A DNA stretch of 64,000 nt, taken from the NCBI RefSeq assembly GCF_964204645.1, contig NC_134025.1:2170001-2234000 (forward strand), given 5' to 3'. A model generated the notes under the pieces. That model saw only the letters and a list, made by a program, of their open reading frames with translations, was not told the origin of the DNA and did not search any database. The DNA comes from Tubulanus polymorphus. Its lineage: Eukaryota; Animalia; Nemertea. The first letter of the stretch is position 1; every line of letters begins with the position of its first letter. Positions 12,001 to 24,000 of the stretch are shown in pieces. A program made the translations under genes and the position numbers.

Positions 12001-15000
12001 GAAATTTTGTACATTTTCTCCCATTTCTTCATAACGGCTTAGAGCTGATGGACGAAACTTTCCATATCAATTCCAACACCTATTTCCCTCCTTATAACAA
12101 AATATCAGCTGTGTATATCCAGTGGTTACAATTTGACCACCCAGAGTTAACAGATAGTTACTCTCAGAACAATTCTATAAGGATCAACGCAGTTGATCCT
12201 AAAAAAACGAAACCCGATAATATAAACATTGACCAAGAAAAATATCTCTCTAGCTGGAACGACTGAAGGTATCGCTACTACTACATTATGCCCTGCGAAT
12301 CAATACGTTTGCAAGGATGGATCATGCATCGATCCAAACAAGGTACGTTTCATCTTAGATTAGAATACACTAGCATTTCCGTACCTTCTTACCATCAATC
12401 CTGTGATTGATTTATACATAGGAGTTTTTCTGAATGGTAGTAATCAAATGATGTGTGTTTTGAATAGTTATTAACTGATATTGAGAGAGAATATTGGAAT
12501 TATCAAAAGAATTTTTAAGATTGCTCTTCAATTGGTTTTTATTGATATCTTCGCCCGGAATAAATTATCCTTTTATGTTCTAACGTTAAGATATGCAGTG
12601 GAACATGTGAGTGCCAGGGGTCATGTGACGATGAAGATCGATGCCAAACTACTAGTAGTAAGTACGGTATAGTCTATTTAGATAGTTGTTTAGTATTCAG
12701 GAACAATCTTTGAAAATTATGCGTCTTCTAGAAATATGTGAGGATACCGAAGAGTTCGATTCTTGTACTAATCCTCAACCACGAACGTGTGCTGATCTAA
12801 GGAAGCAGAAAGCTGGAATTAACATTACAAGGTTCGTAAAAGTCATTTATAGCATCTTGAAGATTCATCGAAAATCCACATTTTTCGAGGGCTGAGAATA
12901 GATGGTCGGCAAACGTTTTCCTTGCAATCCTCACTCGACCGACCGGTTCTTGGGGAATATTGGAATACTATCCGTTTACAATACATTCCCGCTGACTAAA
13001 CTAATGGTTCATCAGATTCTTCATTTTTTGATTTTTATTTATTTCTAGTTGTACACCAGGCTGTGTTTGTCGAAGTGGAACTTATAGAGATAGTAATGGT
13101 AAATGTGTTCCTTCTTGTCCATGTGAGTTTGGCGGTGTAGAATACCAACCCAATGACGAGTTGCCTACTAATGATGGTTGTGTTAAGTGGTGCGTGGATA
13201 TATGCTTGGCACATTTATGTGTTAAACGAAACGCGGACGTATCTTTAATTCCATTTCTATATTTTCTTGTTTGTACAGTTTGTGTGTAGATGGTCAACCT
13301 TCGTGTACAGAGGCATGTGAAGAATGGGGTGAATGGTCGACATGCTCAAAAAGTTGTCAAGGTGGAATTCGCAAAAGGACAAGAACGTGTCAAAATGATC
13401 TTGGACTGAAATCTGGACAACTATGCAATAAGCCAACCGAGGATGAACGACCATGCAATGGTGATCCATGTCCAGGTATGTATACTACATTGAGGCCTGG
13501 ATTCGTAGCAAAGAAAAACATACTATTAAGTAACACTCAATATCTATTTCAGTCGACTGTCAACTCACTCCATGGAGTCGATGGACACAATGTTCAGAAA
13601 CGTGTGGAGACGAGCAAAGCACAAGATATAGAAACATGACACAGAGAAGTGAGCATGGCGGAAAGGATTGTGATGATACATTAGAAGAAGAAAAATCATG
13701 CGGTCTACCTCCATGTAACGAAAGTAAGACAACCTTAGCTTTAAACCATTTTCATTCCAGCCTCTAATGTACAGTAAACCGTAACTCGTACGAGTTGCAT
13801 AATAGAATGTATTATTACTAATGCGGAACAGGTTTTAAGTTGAAATTTTTCGTTTGAATCTTCAGCTTGTCCACCTGGCCAGGTTCTTACTAACTGTTCG
13901 AATGAATGTCCAATAACATGTGAGCAGAAATCCAAAGAAAATTGCATACAAAGTGAAGCGTGTACACCTGGCTGTAAATGTCCAGCAGGGGAACTACTAC
14001 AAGATGGAAATTGTATTGATGAAAACGAATGTCCGTGTCCATTTGATATGAGCCAATTTTCGACAAGGCAACAGAGAATAACAACTCTACTTTCAACACT
14101 GAGTCCATCAGGACCAGGAGGAGCTACCCCATCTGGACCAGGAGGAGCTACACCATCAGGACCAGGAGGAGCTACACCATCAGGACCAGGAGGTGCTACA
14201 CCATCAGGACCAGGAGGAGCTACCCCATCTGGACCAGGAGGAGCTACACCATCAGGACCAGGAGGTGCTACACCATCAGGACCAGGAGGAGCTACACCAT
14301 CAGGACCGGGAGGAGCTACACCATCAGGACCGGGAGGAGCTACACCATCAGGACCGGGAGGAGCTACACCATCAGGACCAGGAGGAGCTACACCATCAGG
14401 ACCTGGAGGAGCTACACCATCAGGACCAGGAGGAGCTACACCATCAGGACCAGGAGGAGCTACACCATCAGGACCAGGAGGTGCTACACCATCAGGACCA
14501 GGAGGAGCTACACCATCAGGACCTGGAGGTGCTACACCATCAGGACCAGGAGGTGCTACACCATCAGGACCAGGAGGAGCTACCCCATCTGGACCAGGAG
14601 GAGCTACACCATCAGGACCAGGAGGTGCTACACCATCAGGACCTGGAGGAGCTACACCATCAGGACCAGGAGGAGCTACACCATCAGGACCGGGAGGAGC
14701 TACACCATCAGGACCGGGAGGTGCTACACCATCAGGACCGGGAGGTGCTACACCATCAGGACCAGGAGGTGCTACACCATCAGGACCTGGAGGTGCTACA
14801 CCATCTGGACCAGGAGGAGCTACACCATCAGGACCAGGAGGAGCTACACCATCAGGACCAGGAGGAGCTACACCATCAGGACCAGGAGGTGCTACACCAT
14901 CAGGACCGGGAGGAGCTACACCATCAGGACCGGGAGGTGCTACACCATCAGGACCGGGAGGAGCTACACCATCAGGACCGGGAGGAGCTACACCATCAGG

Positions 15001-18000
15001 ACCAGGAGGTGCTACACCATCAGGACCAGGAGGAGCTACACCATCAGGACCGGGAGGTGCTACACCATCAGGACCTGGAGGAGCTACACCATCAGGACCA
15101 GGAGGAGCTACACCATCAGGACCAGGAGGTGCTACACCATCTGGTCCAGGAGGTGCTACACCATCAGGACCAGGAGGAGCTACACCATCAGGACCTGGAG
15201 GTGCTACACCATCTGGACCAGGAGGAGCTACACCATCAGGACCAGGAGGAGCTACACCATCAGGACCAGGAGGAGCTACACCATCAGGACCAGGAGGTGC
15301 TACACCATCAGGACCAGGAGGAGCTACACCATCAGGACCAGGTGGAGCTACACCATCAGGACCAGGAGGAGCTACACCATCAGGACCAGGAGGAGCTACA
15401 CCATCAGGACCAGGAGGAGCTACACCATCAGGACCTGGAGGTGCTACACCATCTGGACCAGGAGGAGCTACACCATCAGGACCAGGAGGTGCTACACCAT
15501 CTGGACCAGGAGGAGCTACACCATCAGGACCAGGCGGAGCTACACCATCAGGACCAGGCGGAGCTACACCATCAGGACCAGGAGGAGCTACACCATCAGG
15601 ACCAGGAGGAGCTACACCATCAGGACCAGGAGGAGCTACACCATCAGGACCAGGAGGAGCTACACCATCAGGACCAGGAGGAGCTACACCATCAGGACCA
15701 GGAGGAGCTACACCATCAGGACCAGGAGGAGCTACACCATCAGGACCAGGCGGAGCTACACCATCAGGACCAGGAGGTGCTACACCATCTGGACCAGGAG
15801 GAGCTACACCATCAGGACCTGGAGGAGCTACACCATCTGGACCAGGAGGTGCTACACCATCAGGACCAGGCGGAGCTACACCATCAGGACCAGGCGGGGC
15901 TACACCATCAGGTCCAGGAGGTGCTACACCATCAGGACCAGGCGGAGCTACACCATCAGGACCTGGAGGTGCTACACCATCAGGACCAGGAGGTGCTACA
16001 CCATCTGGTCCGGGAGGTGCTACACCATCTGGACCAGGAGGAGCTACACCATCAGGACCAGGAGGTGCTACACCATCTGGACCAGGAGGAGCTACACCAT
16101 CAGGTCCAGGAGGTGCTACACCATCAGGACCAGGTGGAGCTACACCATCAGGACCAGGAGGTGCTACACCATCAGGTCCAGGAGGTGCTACACCATCAGG
16201 ACCGGGAGGTGCTACACCATCAGGTCCGGGAGGAGCTACACCGTCAGGACCAGGAGGTGCTACACCATCAGGACCAGGCGGAGCTACACCATCAGGACCA
16301 GGAGGACCTACACCATCTGGACCAGGAGGTGCTACACCATCAGGACCAGGAGGAGCTACACCATCAGGCCCAGGAGGAGCTACACCATCAGGACCAGGAG
16401 GTGCTACACCATCAGGACCAGGAGGTGCTACACCATCTGGACCAGGAGGAGCTACACCATCAGGACCAGGAGGTGCTACACCATCAGGACCAGGAGGTGC
16501 TACACCATCAGGACCAGGAGGAGCTACACCATCTGGACCAGGAGGAGCTACACCATCAGGACCAGGAGGACCTACACCATCTGGACCAGGAGGAGCTACA
16601 CCATCAGGACCAGGAGGACCTACACCATCAGGACCGGGAGGAGCTACACCATCAGGACCGGGAGGACCTACACCATCAGGACCAGGAGGACCTACACCAT
16701 CAGGACCGGGAGGAGCTACACCATCAGGACCAGGAGGAGCTACACCATCAGGACCAGGAGGAGCTACACCATCAGGACCAGGAGGAGCTACACCATCAGG
16801 ACCAGGAGGTGCTACACCATCAGGACCAGGAGGAGCTACACCATCAGGACCAGGAGGACCTACACCATCTGGACCAGGAGGTGCTACACCATCAGGACCA
16901 GGAGGTGCTACACCATCAGGACCAGGAGGAGCTACACCATCAGGACCAGGAGGACCTACACCATCTGGACCAGGAGGTCCTACACCATCAGGACCAGGAG
17001 GAGCTACACCATCAGGACCAGGAGGAGCTACACCATCAGGACCAGGAGGACCTACACCATCTGGACCGGGAGGAGCTACACCATCAGGACCAGGAGGAGC
17101 TACACCATCAGGACCAGGAGGAGCTACACCATCAGGACCAGGAGGAGCTACACCATCAGGACCAGGAGGTGCTACACCATCAGGACCTGGAGGAGCTACA
17201 CCATCAGGACCAGGAGGAGCTACACCATCAGGACCTGGAGGAGCTACACCATCAGGACCAGGAGGAGCTACACCATCAGGACCTGGAGGAGCTACACCAT
17301 CAGGACCAGGAGGAGCTACACCATCTGGACCTGGAGGAGCTTCACCATCAGGACCAGGAGGACCTACACCATCTGGGCCAGGAGGTGCTACACCATCAGG
17401 ACCAGGAGGAGCTACACCATCAGGACCTGGAGGAGCTACACCATCAGGACCTGGAGGAGCTACACCATCAGGACCAGGAGGTGCTACACCATCAGGACCT
17501 GGAGGAGCTACACCATCAGGACCAGGAGGTGCTACACCATCTGGACCAGGAGGAGCTACGCCATCTGGTCCAGGAGGTGCTACGCCATCAGGACCAGGAG
17601 GTGCTACGCCATCAGGACCAGGAGGAGCTACACCATCAGGACCAGGAGGAGCTACGCCATCAGGACCAGGAGGAGCTACACCATCAGGACCAGGAGGAGC
17701 TACACCATCAGGACCAGGAGGAGCTACGCCATCAGGACCTGGAGGAGCTACGCCATCAGGACCAGGAGGAGCTACGCCATCTGGTCCAGGAGGAGCTACG
17801 CCATCAGGACCTGGAGGAGCTACGCCATCAGGACCAGGAGGAGCTACGCCATCAGGACCAGGAGGTGCTACGCCATCAGGACCAGGAGGTGCTACGCCAT
17901 CAGGACCAGGAGGAGCTACACCATCAGGACCAGGAGGAGCTACACCATCAGGACCTGGAGGAGCTACACCATCAGGACCAGGAGGAGCTACACCATCAGG

Positions 18001-21000
18001 ACCTGGAGGAGCTACACCATCAGGACCAGGAGGAGCTACACCATCAGGACCTGGAGGAGCTACACCATCAGGACCTGGAGGAGCTACACCATCAGGACCA
18101 GGAGGAGCTACACCATCAGGACCAGGAGGAGCTACACCATCAGGACCAGGAGGAGCTACACCTTCAGGACCAGGAGGAGCTACGCCATCAGGACCAGGAG
18201 GTGCTACGCCATCAGGACCAGGAGGTGCTACGCCATCTGGTCCAGGAGGAGCTACGCCATCTGGTCCAGGAGGTGCTACACCATCAGGACCAGGAGGAGC
18301 TACACCATCAGGACCAGGAGGAGCTACACCATCAGGACCAGGAGGAGCTACACCATCAGGACCAGGAGGAGCTACACCATCAGGACCAGGAGGAGCTACA
18401 CCATCAGGACCGGGAGGAGCTACACCATCAGGACCGGGAGGTGCTACGCCATCAGGACCAGGAGGTGCTACGCCATCAGGACCAGGAGGAGCTACACCAT
18501 CAGGACCAGGAGGAGCTACACCATCAGGACCAGGAGGAGCTACGCCATCAGGACCAGGAGGAGCTACGCCATCAGGACCAGGAGGTGCTACGCCATCAGG
18601 ACCAGGAGGTGCTACACCATCTGGTCCAGGAGGTGCTACACCATCAGGACCAGGCGGAGCTACACCATCAGGACCGGGAGGTGCTACGCCATCAGGACCA
18701 GGAGGTGCTACACCATCAGGACCAGGAGGAGCTACACCATCAGGACCAGGAGGTGCTACGCCATCAGGACCAGGAGGTGCTACGCCATCAGGACCCGGAG
18801 GTGCTACACCATCGGGACCAGGAGGTGCTACACCATCGGGACCAGGAGGAGCTACACCATCGGGACCTGGAGGAGCTACACCATCTGGACCGGGAGGTGC
18901 TACACCATCGGGACCAGGAGGTGCTACACCATCGGGACCAGGAGGAGCTACACCATCGGGACCTGGAGGAGCTACACCATCTGGACCGGGAGGTGCTACA
19001 CCATCGGGACCGGGAGGAGCTACACCTTCAGGACCGGGAGGAGCTACACCATCAGGACCAGGAGGAGCTACACCATCAGGACCAGGAGGAGCTACACCAT
19101 CAGGACCGGGAGGAGCTACACCATCAGGACCGGGAGGAGCTACACCATCAGGACCAGGAGGTGCTACACCATCAGGACCAGGAGGAGCTACACCATCAGG
19201 ACCGGGAGGTGCTACACCATCAGGACCAGGAGGAATAACAACACTTCCTTCATCCCTCTCCCCAGGCCAGTACATCATACATGACTGTTACAATTGGTAA
19301 GTTTTATTATGGTATACCAGGGGTTTTATTGGGTCATATATAATCATATTATTTTTTCTTTGTGTGATATGAACTTTGAAGTTGTTAATGTTTGAGTCGC
19401 TGTTGGATTCATAATCATTTTATGGTCGATTTCAATGTATCTGATATGTAATGTACTTATTAACTTTCTTATCGTATTCTATTTCAGTACGTGCCAAAAG
19501 GGAAAGACCAGCTGCGCACCTTTGAATTGCTCTGAAGATGGAAACTGGTCTCCATGGACCCCATGGGGTAGCTGTTCAGCTTCGTGTGGATTAGGATCAA
19601 TCAAAAGATACCGGTAAACTATAATCATAGATGGAAATATTGAAACACGCCTCTCAATGAACTATGTAATGAACTGCACTGATAGGTATTCGAATTCAGT
19701 ACTTATAGTTTGCCCGTTATATATTTCAGTTACTGCAACAATCCGCCACCTAAAAACGGTGGTGCTATTTGTCCAGGTGATGATGAAGACATCACCGTTT
19801 GTGAAACGACCAAATGTCCGTGTGTGTATGATGAAGACGCTGTGAAACAAGCTCTTAATGCGCTTGACGAGCATCTATCGACGGTTTACATCGAAAAGGA
19901 TGGAATTGATGGCCTTACTGGAGGAGATGAGATAGTCCGACCCGGATCAGTAATTGAAAGTGGAGTTATTTTCCACGTACATTGCAACAGCTGGTAATTA
20001 ATAAAGTTTATAATTCTATAGATAACGTATATCACAATCCATTGGGTCAAACTCAAAGTTGATGGATTAATTTGATATTGGTTCATATGAATAAATTATT
20101 TTATTGTAGCACGTGTAAAGATGGAACGATAACTTGTACACAGAAAGAATGCAAAGGCGATTGTACATGGAACCAATGGAGTGAATGGAGCCCATGTTCG
20201 AAGACATGTGAAGGCGGAATCAAAACGAAGGAAAGAACGTACAATCCAGCTACTGGAACTGGTATACCTTGTAGTGGAGATAATAAGACTGAGGAAATCT
20301 GTAATATTCAACAGTGTCCAAGTAAGAAACTGTGTTAATTTCATATTCATAATTGTTTTATTAGGGTCATCTTAAGCCAAACGTACAAATCAGATTTTAC
20401 ATTTGTATTATTCAAATTATTTAAGCCGATGGTAACTGGTCTCCGTGGGGTGAATGGTCACCTTGTTCAACAACATGTAATGGCGGTACAACACAACGTA
20501 CCAGGAACTGTACAAATCCCCCACCTGCAAACAGCGGAAAGAATTGCGAAGGCGATTCTTCACAGGTCATTTCCTGCAATCCAGAAAATTGTCCAGATGG
20601 TAATTTTTATGCTTCGTTTTAAAGTGTTAGCACTGTCATGTAAATGCATGATTTCTGGACTAGGCTTATCACGTGCATGCAATCATTTTCCAGTTAACTG
20701 TACGGATGGGAAGGTCTGGGATGAATGCTCGAATAAATGTGACCTGACTTGTAAAGATATTGCTGGAAATCTAACGTCTTGTGTGCAAAATGAGGCATGT
20801 ATCCCAGGCTGTAGATGTCCTCCAGGAGAGGTCTTACAAGGGGATATATGCGTAAAGAAGGAGGAATGTCCATGCTATGATCCAGTGACAGGCAACGAAA
20901 TATCATCGGGTCAAATTGACACAAGCGATCCTTGTAAGGAGTGGTGAGTTTCTTTGTCGCTGATATCTGGACAGTTACTTGATAAATGCAATTGCAGGGC

Positions 21001-24000
21001 TGAATATTATAAACTATAACCTCTATTTTTGATAATTCCCATAGTGAGTGCAAGACTGGCAAACTTGAGTGCAAGGATGTGGCATGTGATGTTGATTGTA
21101 AGTGGTCAAATTGGAATCAATGGTCTATGTGTTCAGTAACTTGCGGCGTAGGTTACCAAGAGAGAGATCGAACACAAGATCAAGCACCTCAAGGCAATGG
21201 CGCACAATGCATTGGACCCGACAAACAAAACCAAACTTGCACAGCGGGAGATTGTCCACCGACATGTGTCGATGCAAATGGAAATGAAGTCCAGAAAGGA
21301 GAAGTCGTGTCCTCCACTCTTTGTGAAGTCTGGTAAGAAAGAATCAATTACACTTATGGCTGGTATAACACTCTAATTTGCATGAATAACCTTACGCGCA
21401 TAAGATACCTAATTCATTTTATATTTGACGATAAAACTGGGTTTTTATGATTTTTCTATCTTAATAATTCTATGTCAAATCTTGATCTGATGTATTGATT
21501 ACAATTTTGCATTATACAATTTCTGTTTAGTGAATGCAATCCAGATGGCGAAGAATGTCGAAAACGAGAGAATTCAACAGGTAATTGCTTTTTAGTCAAA
21601 ACCTACCAAAATCACACAATGTTCAGTAAAATGAAGATTATCTATACTCAAAATGCTTACAAAATATATTTACAATGGGAATATCAAGTTATTCGATCGG
21701 GCCTATATATCGAAGATCTAAATACATGTAATAAAGAATTCCACATACCACAATTCATGTTGTTTGATAATCTTTTATTAGTGATACTTATCCAAATGAA
21801 ATTACCCAATGTACTGATTGCGTTTATTTAATCCTATACATCCATTGCGATTATTCGACTTGGGACTCGTTTTTCGTAACATCGATTATGATACATCTTG
21901 TAGTTATGTACATCGTGAACTATTCTGCGAGGTGTTTATCAGAAAGATTTAATGACATTTGGCTTCATTTTTAGTTGATGGACAATGGAGTGATTGGACG
22001 AGTTGGTCTGGCTGTTCTTCTACATGCGTTGGTGGTGTGAAAAAGCGATCACGAACTTGCACCGAACCTACTCCACAATGCGATGGCAAGTCGTGCCCTG
22101 GTAATGGTACGGAGATTGAAGATTGTAACAAGGATGTTAACTGCCCCAGTAAGTTGAAAATGTATTTTTCTTGGTTGCCAATATGTATATATGTGCTGGG
22201 TTAGTCAAATCTTTTAGTAACGTAACTCCGTGGATTTGAAAACACAGAACTTTTATTAAACGAAGTGCTTTATATATATATAAGAAAGTACTATAAAACC
22301 AAAATGATGCCGATAACAACTGTCTTCATTTTTCAGCTGATGGAGAATGGTGCTCTTGGTCACCATGGTCACAGTGTAGTGTCACGTGTGATACCGGTAG
22401 TACGGTAAGGAACAGGACATGCGACTGCCCAGCTCCTGCCGATGGTGGTAACACCTGCCCTGGACATAATAATGAAACCAACGTATGCACACGCAATGCC
22501 TGTCCGACAGATTGCGTGGTCGGTGAGTGGGAACAGTGGACCGCATGTGACAGCACATGCGGCGTTGGTAGCCGTTCAAGATCCAGGCGTAAGATTGTGG
22601 CTAATGCGAACGGAGGAGTATGCCCACCACTGACAGAAAGAGATCCATGTAACGTCGAATGTAATGGTATGTATAAGTCAGAGTGTATTCAATGGTTTAT
22701 AACATCTTCCCCGCTGATTGAGAGATGGGTAATACTACTTTTCATCGCACAATACAATATGTTTGATCGCGATTTTCTGTAAGATTGTTATTTGATTTAC
22801 AGAAACCTGCACGGACGAAAAGACATGGCATGAATGTGCCAACGTTTGTGACCAGACCTGTGAGGATCTTGGCAGAAATGACGAGTGTATAAATCCAGCG
22901 GTCTGCGTGGCAGGATGCAAATGTGATGGAGATAAAGTCGAACAGGATGGAAAATGCGTAGATAGAACTGAATGTAAATGCAAATGGGACCCAGAGGTAT
23001 TCGAAGATCTTGCTAGGCCAAATAACGTTGATGAATTGCTTCCGGGAGAAGTTGTCAAAGTGAAATGCAATAATTGGTAAGAATTATCTAATACATGGAT
23101 ATGATATGGATTCTCGTGATTTTCAAAGTCATTGACAAATGAAATACATAATTTATTTGAATATTGCAGTACCTGTCTCAGCGCTAAATGGGAATGCACC
23201 AATGAAGATTGTAATGGTACGTTTGCGCTTTGTTTGTGCTGATAATACTTACCATAATGATTTGATTGATATCCATGGATAACCTGACACCCATAATATC
23301 ATCAAAATATGTGACGACATTTCGGTGACAGATCCTCGGGCATTTCTATAATTTGTTGGCAAAATTATAGACGATTCGTTCATTTCACATTTCTATGATT
23401 GTATAAAATATGAATAACGCTATCTTGATTTATTTCAGTTGACTGCAAGTTGACTGACTGGAGACCTGAGGGCGACTGTTCTGTAACATGTGGAGAAGGA
23501 ACGCAGACATTCGTCAGAACTGTTGAACGCGAGAAGGAATACGATGGATTAGAATGTGATAATCTGCGAACGAAGACAGAAAGCTGTAATGCTGGACCTT
23601 GTCGTTAGTATTACCTGAAGCCTATTATCTCTCACATGTCCAAAATCGATTTATATTCGTTACTCATTTCATACGATTACGGTTAATTGATGAAAACAAC
23701 GTAACGGATAAAAGGCCTTGCTAGTCTGTGATTACAAATTACTAGTGTAACCTTATGTGGATCGGTTGAAAACCTCGTACTCGCCAATATTAATAAAGGG
23801 TGCATATAATCATGCATGTACCAGAAAACTTAGACTGTGGTGAGATTAGTATAATACAGTCAACCCCCGATATACCGCCCACATCGGTGCAGAACGATTT
23901 TGGCGGTATACAGAGTATGATGGTATATCGGGGGTGTTTACTTTGTATTTGTATCGAGATGTACATTGAGAAAACCTGGCGGTAAATTGGAGGGTAGTAT

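Noticed and set aside
11780-12250. Possible extra exon (ORF 12048-12266) in the giant gene
   Set aside because: No Cys pattern or recognisable domain, and 11751 splices in phase directly to 12254.
3005-19238. Long His/Gln/Glu-rich ORFs in a shifted plus frame (HQEL, HHQDQEEL)
   Set aside because: By-products of repeat units that lack stop triplets. The amino acids vary freely in this frame, and no matching splice phase or ATG context exists.
13741-19278. 1,845-aa antisense (PPGPDGVA)n ORF that looks collagen-like
   Set aside because: The period is 8, so it is not a Gly-X-Y repeat. It is the stop-free reverse complement of the plus-strand array.
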